Positions 14,447-24,612 of a stretch of DNA of 64,000 nucleotides are shown here, piece after piece (position 1 is the stretch's first letter; every line of letters begins with the position of its first letter). The translations under genes were made by a program, and so were the position numbers. The notes below the pieces were generated by a model, which did no database searches, was not told the DNA's origin, and saw only the letters and a program-made list of their open reading frames with translations. The stretch is from an uncultured Acidobacteriota bacterium (GTDB taxonomy: Bacteria; Acidobacteriota; Vicinamibacteria; Fen-336): contig OY970399.1 in assembly GCA_963720545.1 (NCBI GenBank), positions 2,624,001 through 2,688,000 on the forward strand. The letters run 5' to 3'.

Positions 14447-14863
14447 ATGTTCGAGGCGGCCTACGAAACGACGTTCTGCGCCACCCATCGCCTGACGCGC
14501 GGCGGCGAGTTTTTGGAGCCGCTGCACGGCCACGACTGGCGCGTCGAAGCGGTGGCGGCGAGCGACACCCTCGACGAGATCGGCGTCGTCATCGATTTCG
14601 AGCACCTGAAAAAGGCGGTGGGCGAGGTGGCGCGGCGCTTCCACTACGCGGACATCAACGCGCATCCCGACCTCGCCGGCCAGAGCCCCTCGGCGGAAGT
14701 CGTGGCGCGCTACTTCTTCGACTCGGTGCGAGCCCTCCTCGGCCAGGACGGCCGCCTGCTGCGCCGTGTCCGGGTCTGGGAAGCGCCCGGCTGCAGCGCC
14801 GTCTACGCCCCTGCCGCAGCCGCCGAAGAACCCGCAAAAAAAGCAGACGGCGTGCGAAACTAA
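14447..14863 (+). CDS. 6-pyruvoyl-tetrahydropterin synthase family protein (PTPS-III-type motif)
   Basis: ATHRL, EPLHGH, IDF, PSAE and VWE motifs. Glu, not Cys, precedes HGH. Confidence 0.85.
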   Translation: MFEAAYETTFCATHRLTRGGEFLEPLHGHDWRVEAVAASDTLDEIGVVIDFEHLKKAVGEVARRFHYADINAHPDLAGQSPSAEVVARYFFDSVRALLGQDGRLLRRVRVWEAPGCSAVYAPAAAAEEPAKKADGVRN

Positions 14864-14896
14864 CTGCATCCTATTTCCAGGAGGACTCAAGGCTTC

Positions 14897-15844
14897 ATGA
14901 GGAAAATTGCCTTCTATTCCACCCTTGCGATCGCAGCGCTCGGCTTTGCCGGCGGCGCTTTCGCCCAGACCGGCACCGCGCGCGGCAAGGTTCTTGACCA
15001 GGACAAGAAGCCCGTCGAAGCCGTCACCATCAAGATCGAATACCTCGGCGGCGTGACCCGCGCCTACGAGACGAAGACCAACAAGAAGGGCGAGTACACC
15101 CAGGTGGGCCTGCAGCCGGGCGACTACAAGGTCACGGCCAGCAAGGAGGCCTACCAGGGCGCCTTCGCCGAAGCCAAGATCAACCTCGGCGATCCCACGT
15201 ACCTGCCCGACCTCATCATCAACTCCGCCGCCGCCAAACAGGCCGAGGCGAACGCGGCCAACGAGGAGCTGCAGGCGCTCTTCAAGAAGGGCTACGAGGC
15301 CGCCCAGGCGCAGGACTTCGCGACCGCCGAGGCCGCCTACAAGGAAGCGATCGCGAAACAGCCGGAAATGGCGCAGGCCTACTTCAACCTCGGTTTCGTC
15401 TACGTGCAGAAGAAGGACTGGGCGAACGCCGAAGCGCAGCTCAATACCGCCTTGCAGAAGAAGCCCGACTACGACGCCGCCCAGTCGCTGCTCGCGACCG
15501 TCTACACCGCCAGCGGACAGACGGAGAAGGCGAACGCGATCATCTCGACCAGCAAGGACCCGAAGCTGCTGCTCGACGTGGGCGTCGGCTTCCTCAACAG
15601 CTCCAAGGCCGCCGAGGCGCGCGAGGTGTTCCTGAAGGCCGAGGCCGCCGACCCGAGCCTCTCCGAGGTCCAGTACCTGCTCGGCAATGCGGCGCTGCAG
15701 ATGGGCGACTACGCCGAGGCAGTGACGCGCTGGGAGAAGTACCTGGCGATGAACCCGACGAACGTCCAGTACAAGGAAGCGGCGGAGAAGATGCTTCCCG
15801 ACATCAGGAAGGCCGCCGCGGCGCCGAAGCAGCCGCAGCAGTAG
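14897..15844 (+). CDS. Secreted carboxypeptidase-regulatory-like domain + TPR protein
   Basis: Signal peptide, a GKVLD...TNKKGEY...GLQPGDY beta-sandwich, then TPR repeats. Confidence 0.8.
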   Translation: MRKIAFYSTLAIAALGFAGGAFAQTGTARGKVLDQDKKPVEAVTIKIEYLGGVTRAYETKTNKKGEYTQVGLQPGDYKVTASKEAYQGAFAEAKINLGDPTYLPDLIINSAAAKQAEANAANEELQALFKKGYEAAQAQDFATAEAAYKEAIAKQPEMAQAYFNLGFVYVQKKDWANAEAQLNTALQKKPDYDAAQSLLATVYTASGQTEKANAIISTSKDPKLLLDVGVGFLNSSKAAEAREVFLKAEAADPSLSEVQYLLGNAALQMGDYAEAVTRWEKYLAMNPTNVQYKEAAEKMLPDIRKAAAAPKQPQQ

Positions 15845-15893
15845 GAGCCATACGACAAGCCTTCCTGAAGCGCTCGCGGCGGTTCGCGAGCGC

Positions 15894-16550
15894 GTGGCCG
15901 CGGCCGCCCGCGCGTCGGGCCGCCGCGCCGAGGACGTGACGCTCATCGCCGTCACCAAGACGCATCCGGCCGAGACGGTGCGCGCGGCGTTCGACCTCGG
16001 TGTGCGTGACTTCGGCGAGAACAAGGTGCAGGAAGCGGAAGGCAAGCTCACCGGGCTTGCCGACCTGCGCGCGGGCGATGCCCGGTTTCACCTCATCGGC
16101 CACCTGCAGTCGAACAAGGCGAAGAAGTCCGTCGAGATCTTCGACTCGGTGCAGTCGCTCGACAGCGTCGAGCTCGCGCGCCGCCTGCACCGCTTCGCCG
16201 TGCAGCAGGACAAGGTGCTGCCGGTGATGATCGAGGTGGACATCGCCGGCGAGGAAACGAAGAGCGGCGTCCCGGAAAAAGAGCTGCTGCCGCTCCTCGA
16301 ACAGGTGCGCGCGCTGAACGCGCTGCGGCTCGACGGACTGATGATCGTGCCGCCTTACAGCGACGACGCCGAGGACACGCGTCCTTACTTCGCGCGGCTG
16401 CGGGCGCTGCGCGACGCCGCCTTGCAGCGCGAACTGCTGGACGGCGGCGCACTCTCGATGGGCATGAGCCACGACTACGCCGTGGCGATCGAGGAAGGCG
16501 CCACCCACGTGCGCGTCGGCACCGCTCTGTTCGGCGCGCGTCCTCGTTAG
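15894..16550 (+). CDS. yggS: PLP homeostasis protein YggS (true start probably slightly upstream)
   Basis: AVTKT, FGENKVQE, HLIGHLQSNK, LSMGMS and VRVGTALFG. Confidence 0.93.
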   Translation: MAAAARASGRRAEDVTLIAVTKTHPAETVRAAFDLGVRDFGENKVQEAEGKLTGLADLRAGDARFHLIGHLQSNKAKKSVEIFDSVQSLDSVELARRLHRFAVQQDKVLPVMIEVDIAGEETKSGVPEKELLPLLEQVRALNALRLDGLMIVPPYSDDAEDTRPYFARLRALRDAALQRELLDGGALSMGMSHDYAVAIEEGATHVRVGTALFGARPR

Positions 16551-16552
16551 TG

Positions 16553-17287
16553 CTAGTGCACCCAGCCCGAGTCGCCGTTGCCTTTTTTCTTCTTCTCGAC
16601 CATCTTCAGGTGTGACGGGCGGCGCGCGCTGCGCAGCAGCCGCGACATGTTCCAGCGCACCAGCAGGTTGTTGAAGGACCGCACGTAGAAGAGCGACGCG
16701 CCGATCGCGGCGAAGTGGGGAACGTAGAGCGCGACGCCGGAGAGGAGCGCGAAGAGCAGCGTGCCGGCGAGCGTCAGGATGACGAGCGTGCGGCCCTGCA
16801 CCGGCAGCACGAAATAGAGGAGCAGCTGGCGCGTGGGGAAGAGTGTCGCCCAGGCGACGATCAGCCCTTCGACCACCGGCCAGGTGCTGAGGTAGCGCAT
16901 CGCGCCGAGGTCGCGCCACACGAGCGAAACGAGGAGGGTGGCGGCGGCCGCCACGATGCCGATGCCGGCATAAAAGGCGAGGAAGCGGCGCGGGCCCCAC
17001 GCCGCAACCAGGTCGCGGCCGAGGAACGCGAGCACCAGGATGCTGAAGATGAGGCCCAGCGGGTCGAGCTCGAAGAAGCACCAGCTGACGGCCCGCCACA
17101 CCTCGCCGCGCAGCAGCAGCGCCGGCACCAGAGCGACCTGGTCGAGGAGCGGCAGCGAGGCGCCGCGGCCGGCCACGGCCAGGACCACGGATGCCGCGAC
17201 GATGAAGCCGCACAGCCACACGATTGCCGCGGGAAACGGCGCGCCGAGGATCCAGACGGTCCGGCGCGCGGGGGACGAGGGAGCCAT
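16553..17287 (-). CDS. Rhomboid-like membrane protein
   Basis: GEVWR motif, several TM helices, LYFVLPV and PHFAA. No GxSG motif. Confidence 0.7.
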   Translation of the reverse strand: MAPSSPARRTVWILGAPFPAAIVWLCGFIVAASVVLAVAGRGASLPLLDQVALVPALLLRGEVWRAVSWCFFELDPLGLIFSILVLAFLGRDLVAAWGPRRFLAFYAGIGIVAAAATLLVSLVWRDLGAMRYLSTWPVVEGLIVAWATLFPTRQLLLYFVLPVQGRTLVILTLAGTLLFALLSGVALYVPHFAAIGASLFYVRSFNNLLVRWNMSRLLRSARRPSHLKMVEKKKKGNGDSGWVH

Positions 17288-17304
17288 TCCCAAGCGTAAC
17301 CTCG

Positions 17305-18600
17305 TTAGAAGCCGGCGCGCAGCGTGACCAGCACCTCGTCGGGATGCAGGCTGCGGCCGTCCACCTGCATGTCGTGGCGCGAATATTCGAGCGTCACGTC
17401 GGTGCCCTTCGCGACCCCGACGCGCAGGCCCAGGTCGAGCTTGCGCCAGTCCCAGCCGACGGACGGCCCGGGATAGGCGTCGGGCGTCGTCCAGTCGTTG
17501 TCGATCCGCGAGAAACGCACGACCGGCTGCAGCAGGTGGCCGCGCGGCTCGAAGCGCCACGCGAACTCGGCCTCGAAGCCCGAGCGCGGCAGGCCGGCAA
17601 TCTCCTGGTCCACCCACTGCCCGAAGAAGCGCAAGCCGCCGGCACGCGCCTCCGCGTTCACGCCCCATTCGCGCTTGCGGTCGCCGCGAAACGGCAGCGG
17701 CTGGCCGTTGCCGCGCAGGAGCTGCAGGTCGCCGCTGTAGGTGGTGCCGGGCAGGTCCACGCGGTCTTGCAGGCGCCGCGCGAAGTACCAGCCGAAAATG
17801 TCCACCGCCCGCTCGAGCCCGCCGCCTTTCACCCCGATGCCGCCGCCCCACTCGAAACGGCCCGACAGCGACGCGCCGGGACGCTGCGCGTCATAGAGGA
17901 CGGGGAAGCCCGACTGGTGGATCGGGAAGACGTTGCCGGGCTGGCGCTGCGGCGTGCCGTTGTCGCCGGCAAGGGCGTTCGTGTCGCGAAAGAAGACCGG
18001 GTTGCCGTTCGCCAGCATCGCGCGCCAGTAGAACCGGCCGTTCACGACACCGCCAGCCTGCACCTGCGGCTCCTCGAACCGGCCGACCGCGGTGCCCCAC
18101 AAGCCGTAGCTCTCGAGGCGCCGGCGCACCTGCTTGGTGAAGCGTGGCGCGAGGCCGGCGGTGAGGTAGAGCGAGCTGCCTTCGGCGTCACCGACCGCCA
18201 GCGGCTCGACCGCGGGGCCGATGCGCACGAACGCCTCGCGCAGCTTGAAGCGGTCGTCGGCAGAGGTCGGGTTCCGGTTGTAGAAGTCGCGCACGTGCAC
18301 CTCGATGCGCAGGAACACGTTGTGAAAAACGTCGCCTTCGGCGTGCAGGTTTAGGGTCGACACCTCGAACGCGCGGCCCGGCTCCACGGTGCGCAGGAAG
18401 ACTTTGTCCTGGCCCGGCGGCAGGAAGTTCGGCGGGAACGGGAAATGGTCTTCGACGGCGACGTCGTGCGAATCGCGGTAGTGCGCCTTCACTTCCGCGC
18501 CGAAGCGGAAAGGCTGACGGACGGCGAGCTGGGCCGCGGCCGGAGATGCCGCGAGCAGCGAACCGAGAAGCGCCGCGCCGACGCTCCGCGGCCGGCTCAC
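17305..18600 (-). CDS. Hypothetical outer-membrane beta-barrel protein
   Basis: GTG start overlapping the tkt stop, a signal peptide, LREAFVRIG and a C-terminal Phe (TLRAGF). Confidence 0.65.
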   Translation of the reverse strand: MSRPRSVGAALLGSLLAASPAAAQLAVRQPFRFGAEVKAHYRDSHDVAVEDHFPFPPNFLPPGQDKVFLRTVEPGRAFEVSTLNLHAEGDVFHNVFLRIEVHVRDFYNRNPTSADDRFKLREAFVRIGPAVEPLAVGDAEGSSLYLTAGLAPRFTKQVRRRLESYGLWGTAVGRFEEPQVQAGGVVNGRFYWRAMLANGNPVFFRDTNALAGDNGTPQRQPGNVFPIHQSGFPVLYDAQRPGASLSGRFEWGGGIGVKGGGLERAVDIFGWYFARRLQDRVDLPGTTYSGDLQLLRGNGQPLPFRGDRKREWGVNAEARAGGLRFFGQWVDQEIAGLPRSGFEAEFAWRFEPRGHLLQPVVRFSRIDNDWTTPDAYPGPSVGWDWRKLDLGLRVGVAKGTDVTLEYSRHDMQVDGRSLHPDEVLVTLRAGF

Positions 18601-20423
18601 CGCGCCTTGCGCACGGCCTTGATGATGGCGTCCTTCGTCAGGCCATGGGCGGCCATCAGCTCTTCCGGCTTGCCCGAGCGCGGAGTGGTGCGCACGCCGA
18701 GGATCTCGACCGGACAGCCGCCGGCCACCGCGGCCAGGACGGCCTCGCCGATGCCGCCGCACACCGAGTGGTCCTCGACCGTGATGATGCGCCCGGTCTC
18801 CCGGCAGGCGGCGACCAATGTCGGCGCATCGAGCGGCTTTACCGAGTAGAGGTCGATGACGCGGACGTGGACGCCCTCCGCCGCGAGCGCGTCGGCTGCG
18901 TCGAGCGCCTCGAACAGCGTGACGCCTGCGGCGACGATCGTGGCAGTGTCGTTGTCGCTGCGGCGCAGCGTCTTCGAGCCGCCGACCGGGAAGGTCGCGG
19001 CGTTGTCGTAGATGACCTTCGTCTTGGGCCGGGAGGTGCGGATGTAGACGAGACCCGGGGTGCGCGCCGCGGTTTCCACGATCCGCTCGGCGCTCACCGC
19101 ATCGGCGGGGTAGAGGACCGTGCTGTCGACCAGCGCGCGCATCATGGCGAGGTCCTCGAGCGCCATCTGCGACGGCCCGTCCTCGCCGATCGAGACGCCG
19201 GAGTGCGAGCCGCAAACCACCAGGTGCGGCGGCTTCGAGTACGCCGCCATGCGCAGGAAATCGTAGGCGCGCGTCAGGAAACACGCGAACGTGGACGCGA
19301 ACGGGATCTTGCCCTCGGTGGCCATGCCGAGCGCCACCCCGATCATGTTCTGCTCGGCGATGTACCCTTCGACGAATTGATCGGGCGCGGCCGCCTTCAG
19401 CTTTTCCGCGAAGGTCGAGTTCTTGGTGTCGCCGTCGATCGCCACCACGTCGCGCGACTGCTTCGCCAGCGCCGCGATCGCCGTGCCGTAGGCCTCGCGG
19501 GTCGCGACCTCCTGGCCCTTCTGGTACGCGGGCGCCGCCTGCAGCGCGGGCTGCGCGCGCCAGGTGACCGCGGTGTAGCGCCGCGGCTCGACCTTGATCT
19601 CGACATCGGTGTCGCCGAGCTCGGCGACGGCGCGCTCCATTTCTTCGCCCTTCTTGAACGGCTTGCCGTGCCAACCCTCCTTGTCCTCGACGAAGGAGAC
19701 GCCCTTGCCCTTGAGCGTGCGGCACACGAGCGCAAACGGCTTGCCGGCGCTGGCGCGCGCACGTTTGAACGCCTCGCGCAGCGCGCGCACGTCGTGGCCG
19801 TCCACCGCCGCCAACTCGAAGCCGCTGGCGCGCAGCCGCGATTCGTAGGCCGAGAGGTCGTGCTCGAACATCGTCGGGCCGCTCTGGCCGAGGCGGTTCA
19901 CGTCCACGATGGCGCACAGGTTGTCCAGGCCCTGGTGCGCGGCGAAAGACGCCGCTTCCCACACCGAGCCCTCGGCCATCTCGCCGTCGCCGAGGAGCGC
20001 ATAGACGCGCGCCGGAGTGTGGTCGAGCTTGCGTGCCTTGGCCATGCCGGCCGCCGCCGACAAGCCCTGGCCAAGAGAGCCAGTGGCGACGCGCACCCAC
20101 GGCATGCGCGCCGTCGGGTGGCCCTCGAGCCGGCTGGTGTATTGGCGCAATGTCAGCAGGTCGTCGTCGATCGCTCCCGCCTCTTTGAGCGCTGCCCACA
20201 GGATCGGCGCGGCGTGACCCTTCGACAGCACCAGCACGTCGGCGTCGCGGCCGCTCGGGTCGCGCGGATCGAAGCGCATTTCGTCGAAGAACAGCACCGA
20301 CATGATCTCGGCGGCCGACATGCACGTGGTCGGATGGCCGGAGCCGGCTGCCGTTGTGGCTTCGATGGAATGTCGGCGCAGCTTCTGCGCCATGCGCGCA
20401 AGCGTCTGGTTTTCTACCAGCAT
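18597..20423 (-). CDS. tkt: Transketolase (short type resembling animal TKT)
   Basis: GSGHPTTCMSAAE, SKGHAAP, TGSLGQG, GDGE, IAEQNM and GEDGPSQM. Confidence 0.92.
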   Translation of the reverse strand: MLVENQTLARMAQKLRRHSIEATTAAGSGHPTTCMSAAEIMSVLFFDEMRFDPRDPSGRDADVLVLSKGHAAPILWAALKEAGAIDDDLLTLRQYTSRLEGHPTARMPWVRVATGSLGQGLSAAAGMAKARKLDHTPARVYALLGDGEMAEGSVWEAASFAAHQGLDNLCAIVDVNRLGQSGPTMFEHDLSAYESRLRASGFELAAVDGHDVRALREAFKRARASAGKPFALVCRTLKGKGVSFVEDKEGWHGKPFKKGEEMERAVAELGDTDVEIKVEPRRYTAVTWRAQPALQAAPAYQKGQEVATREAYGTAIAALAKQSRDVVAIDGDTKNSTFAEKLKAAAPDQFVEGYIAEQNMIGVALGMATEGKIPFASTFACFLTRAYDFLRMAAYSKPPHLVVCGSHSGVSIGEDGPSQMALEDLAMMRALVDSTVLYPADAVSAERIVETAARTPGLVYIRTSRPKTKVIYDNAATFPVGGSKTLRRSDNDTATIVAAGVTLFEALDAADALAAEGVHVRVIDLYSVKPLDAPTLVAACRETGRIITVEDHSVCGGIGEAVLAAVAGGCPVEILGVRTTPRSGKPEELMAAHGLTKDAIIKAVRKAR

Positions 20424-20540
20424 CAGGGAGGGGTCTCCGGTGGAACGGTTGATCGAGCAGCGATTCTGCGTTGGGGCACGCCGATGGTCAACCGCTTTCT
20501 GCGCTTGTTGCCGCAGCGGACTTGGGGGAGCATCGTGTCC

Positions 20541-22070
20541 ATGACCACCGACGCGGCCGCGCAGGTAATCGCCTATCCTGCGCCCGGCGCGCGCGCAACG
20601 TCGTCCGGCGATGAGCCCCTGCCGCCGCACGTCATCACCTTGTTCGGCGCCACCGGCGACTTGTCGCGGCGCCGACTGCTGCCCGGGCTCGCGCACCTCT
20701 CGCTCTCGGCGCTGGCGCCCGACATCCAGGTGGTCGCGACCTCGCTCGACGACCTCGACAACGAGCAGTTCCGCAAGTTGGTCTCGCAGGCGATGCGCGA
20801 GTTCAGCCACCGCCAGCTGGAGCGTGACCAATGGCACCGCTTCGCCGAGCGCGTCAACTACGTGCCGGCGAGCCGCGGCGCGGCCGGCCTCGCAGCCGCG
20901 GTGGCGTCGGCAGAGGCGAAGCTCGGTCCCCAGGCGCAGCGCCTGCACTACCTGAGCGTGCCGCCGGCAGCGGCGCCGGTGGTCATCCAGACGCTGCGCG
21001 AGGCAGCGCTGGTCGCGCGCGCCCGCGTCATCATGGAGAAGCCGTTCGGCACCGACCTGCGAAGCGCCATCACGCTCAACGACCGGGTGCACGAGACCTT
21101 CGCCGAGTCGCAGATCTTCCGCATCGACCACTTCCTCGGCAAGGAAGCGGCGCAGAACATCCTCGCGTTCCGCTTCGCGAACGGCCTGTTCGAGCCCATC
21201 TGGAACCGCAACTTCATCGACCACGTCCAGATCGACATCCCCGAGACGCTCGGCCTCGACCTGCGCGCCAACTTCTACGAAGCGACCGGCGCCTACAAGG
21301 ACATGGTGGTGACGCACCTCTTCCAGGTGCTCGCGTTCGTCGCGATGGAGCCGCCCACCGCGCTCGAGCCGCGCGCCATCAGCGAAGAGAAGAACAAGGT
21401 GTTCCGCTCGCTGCTGCCGATCGACCCAGGCGACGTGGTGCGCGGGCAGTACTCGGGCTACCGCGAAGAGAAGGGCGTCGCGCGCGACTCCGACACCGAG
21501 ACCTTCATCGCGCTGCGGGTCGGCCTCGACAACTGGCGTTGGGCCGGCGTGCCTTTCTACCTGCGCACCGGCAAGCGCATGGCCGAGGGCCAGCGCATCA
21601 TCTCGATCGCGTTCAAGGAAGCGCCGCGCACCATGTTCCCGGTGGGTTCGGGCGTTGGCGCGTCGGGTCCGGACCACCTCACCTTCGATCTGGCCGACGA
21701 GTCGAAGGTGTCGCTGTCTTTCTACGGCAAGCGGCCTGGGCCGGGCATGCGGCTCGAGAAGCTCAGCATGCAGTTCTCGACGCAGGAAACGGATCGCGCC
21801 GGCGACGTGCTCGAAGCCTACGAGCGGCTGATCCTCGACGCGATGCGCGGCGACCACACGCTCTTCACCACGGCGGAAGGCATCGAGTCGCTGTGGGAGC
21901 GCTCCGTCCCGCTGCTGCGCAACCCGCCGCCGGTGAAGCCGTACGCGCCGGGCTCGTGGGGACCGAACGCCATCCACCAGCTGGTGGCGCCGCACGCGTG
22001 GCGGTTGCCGTTCGAGCGCGCCTGGCGCACGCGCAAGGCCGAGCCCGAGCCCGAGACGCCGCTCACCTAG
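20541..22070 (+). CDS. zwf: Glucose-6-phosphate dehydrogenase
   Basis: FGATGDL, EKPFG, RIDHFLGKE, RWAGVPFYLRTGK and EAYERL. Confidence 0.95.
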   Translation: MTTDAAAQVIAYPAPGARATSSGDEPLPPHVITLFGATGDLSRRRLLPGLAHLSLSALAPDIQVVATSLDDLDNEQFRKLVSQAMREFSHRQLERDQWHRFAERVNYVPASRGAAGLAAAVASAEAKLGPQAQRLHYLSVPPAAAPVVIQTLREAALVARARVIMEKPFGTDLRSAITLNDRVHETFAESQIFRIDHFLGKEAAQNILAFRFANGLFEPIWNRNFIDHVQIDIPETLGLDLRANFYEATGAYKDMVVTHLFQVLAFVAMEPPTALEPRAISEEKNKVFRSLLPIDPGDVVRGQYSGYREEKGVARDSDTETFIALRVGLDNWRWAGVPFYLRTGKRMAEGQRIISIAFKEAPRTMFPVGSGVGASGPDHLTFDLADESKVSLSFYGKRPGPGMRLEKLSMQFSTQETDRAGDVLEAYERLILDAMRGDHTLFTTAEGIESLWERSVPLLRNPPPVKPYAPGSWGPNAIHQLVAPHAWRLPFERAWRTRKAEPEPETPLT

Positions 22071-23284
22071 CCGAGGCGCTTCACCACCACCACCGTGGCG
22101 TCGTCGTCCCAGGGCCGTGACAAGCCGTGGAGCTTCGACGCCTCGAACAGCCGCTCGGTGATCTCGCGGGCGCTGCGGTCGAGCGACGCGTTCACGACGC
22201 GCTCGACACCGTCGGTGCCGAAGAACTCGCCCTTGCGGTCGCCGCGCTCGACGATGCCGTCGGTGACCATCACCAGCACGTCGCCGGGCTCGAGCTTCAC
22301 GAAGCCGCGGCTGAACGCCACCTCGGGCAGCGGGCCGATGACGGTGCCGCCGATCGTGAGCTCCTGCACTGGCCCGCGCGTGAACAGCATCGGCGGCTGG
22401 TGTCCGGCGTTCGAGTAGATGAGGTTGCCGCCGGGCTCGAGCTCGCCGTAGAAGACCGAAATGAAGCGGCTCGACAGCGCGCTGCGGTGGATCACCTTGT
22501 TGAGCTTGGAGAGGACGTGGGTGATCTTCAGCTCCTTCTCGAGGCCCATGCGCAGGCCGGTCACGACATCGCGCACCAGCAGCGCCGCCGGCAGCCCGTG
22601 GCCGCTGGCGTCGCCGACCGCGATGCCCAGAAGCTCGGGGCCAAGCGGCAGGAAGTCGTAGAAGTCGCCGCCCACCTCTTCGGTGGGCTGGGTGCGGCAG
22701 CCGATCTCGTAGCCGGGGAAGTCGGGCGGCTCGAGCAGCAGGCTCGCCTGGATCTTCGCCGCTTCCTTGAAGCTGCCGCGCACGCGCTCGTCGCCGATGC
22801 GCGCGCCGAGCGCCGAGCGGATGGTGTTGAGGGCGAAGTCGAGCTCCTCGCGCACCCAGCCGAAGTCGAGGAAGAAGAGCACCACGTCGCGCCGCGGCCG
22901 CCGGCCGACCACGAAGCCGGCGGCGGCCACCGTCGGCTGCAGGCCGAGCGGTGTGGTCGCCGCGCTGGCGTTGTCGAAGAGAAACACGCCGTGCTGCAGG
23001 ACTTGCGCGAGCGGCGGGCTGTCGGGGTCGAGGGTGTCGAGCGGCGGCGCCGGCAGCGTGCCGACCGTCTTCACGATCGCAAAGCTCTCGCGGCCCTCGC
23101 GGTACAGCACCCCGGCGCGCAGCCGCAGGTCCTCACGAAAGGTCTGGAAGGCTTCCTCGATGAACTGCTTCAGCACCTCTTTCGAGGCCCGCCGGGTCTC
23201 GAGCGTGCCCAGCAGGCTGTCGAGCCGGCGGTAGAGAAGCTTCGGGTCGAGGTGCCTGGGCGAAGAAGCGGACATCGAAGGCAA
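22067..23284 (-). CDS. PP2C/SpoIIE (RsbU-like) Ser/Thr phosphatase
   Basis: VGGDFYD, GDASGHG, NAGH, TDG and DDAT. Confidence 0.9.
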   Translation of the reverse strand: MPSMSASSPRHLDPKLLYRRLDSLLGTLETRRASKEVLKQFIEEAFQTFREDLRLRAGVLYREGRESFAIVKTVGTLPAPPLDTLDPDSPPLAQVLQHGVFLFDNASAATTPLGLQPTVAAAGFVVGRRPRRDVVLFFLDFGWVREELDFALNTIRSALGARIGDERVRGSFKEAAKIQASLLLEPPDFPGYEIGCRTQPTEEVGGDFYDFLPLGPELLGIAVGDASGHGLPAALLVRDVVTGLRMGLEKELKITHVLSKLNKVIHRSALSSRFISVFYGELEPGGNLIYSNAGHQPPMLFTRGPVQELTIGGTVIGPLPEVAFSRGFVKLEPGDVLVMVTDGIVERGDRKGEFFGTDGVERVVNASLDRSAREITERLFEASKLHGLSRPWDDDATVVVVKRLG

Positions 23285-23299
23285 CGATGGTAGCGGAAT

Positions 23300-24461
23300 T
23301 TACGCTCGCCGCGCGAGTTGGGCCATCTCGTCGGCCACTTCCTCCACGGCCCGGTTCGGCGGCAGCCGCAGCAGGCGCGCGCGCATCGCCGCCAGGCGGC
23401 AGGGGTCGCTCTGCAGCTGCAGCGCTACGGCCGGCATCTCGCGCCAGTGGCGCACGCTCGCCCCGAACTCGCGCGCCGCGAGCATGCCTGCGTTGAAGCG
23501 CTCTTGCGGGATGGTGAAGGCGTTGTGTGTCACCACCGCCGGCAGGCCGTGATGGAAGGCTTCGGCGAGCGTGCCGGGTCCGGGCTTGGTGAGCAGCACG
23601 TCGCTGGCCACCATCAGTCGCCCCACTTCGTGCGTGAACCCGTAGGCGCGCAAGCGGCCCGAGGCACCAGCCTCGATGACCCGCAGCCGGCGCTCCAGGC
23701 GCTCGTTCTGCCCGGCGATGGCCACGACCGTCCAGCGCGGATCGGCGGCGAGCAGTGCCGCACGTCAGCGGCGCCATCTCCGGCGCGCCCTTGCCGCCGA
23801 AGAGACACAGCACGGTGAACGCATCCTCGGGCAGCCCCAACGAGGCGCGCGCAACGCGCGGCAAAAGCGCCTCGCGGCGGTGTGCGTTCGGGTCGATGAT
23901 CATTCCCGAAATGCGGCGCACGGCGGCGCCGAGGCCGGCGCTCTGCGCCTGTTGCGCGGCCTCGTCGGTCGCGACCAGCACGCGGTCGACGTCCCGGACC
24001 AGCCAGAAGTCGGGCGGAAAGTCGGCGTAGTCGGTGAGCGCCACCGCGAACGGCACGTTCGGCAGTGCCTGGCGCACGGCGTCGCGCAGCACCGCATTGA
24101 AGTTGGGCAGCACCGACAGCACCGCGGTCGGCTGCTGCACCGCGAGAAAGCGCGCGATGCACGCACTGAGCGCGCGCCGCCGCAGCTTGATGAGCGCCTG
24201 CAGCACGCGCAACTGCGGCACCAGGCCGAGCGTCATGCCGCGCTGCACCATGCTGTTGTAGAGGTCGTCGCCGCGAATCCCGAAGACGCGGCGCACCGGG
24301 TCGAGCGGCAGCATCACGTCGGCGAGGTCGTGCAGCGCCACCTCGAGCCGGGGATGGCGGCTGGCGGCCGCCGCGGCGATGGCGCGCGCCGCCGCACGGT
24401 GTCCGCCGCCGGCACTGAGGTAGAAAACGACTAGCTTTCCCGCCCGGCCGGCCTCGTCCAT
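23300..24461 (-). CDS. MGDG synthase/UgtP-like GT28 glycosyltransferase (frameshift near 23760)
   Basis: AGGGHRAAA, LTDY, FGGKG, KPGPGTLAEA and PQERFN. Confidence 0.85.
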
Positions 24462-24612
24462 CCTGAGCGACGATTGTGGCGAAGCCCCGTGACGACGGCG
24501 TGACGCCGCGGCATCGACAGCACTTCCGGCCCGTAACACACAGTTTCCGCGGTCATCACAGGAATGCGCCGCCCAGGGCCTAGCTTCTGGGGCAGCAAAG
24601 AGGAGGCCCCCG

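Noticed and set aside
18546..22070. Apparent 1174 aa and 1132 aa fusion proteins
   Set aside because: Each is zwf or tkt extended upstream through the antisense frame of the other. The real starts are 20541 and 20423.
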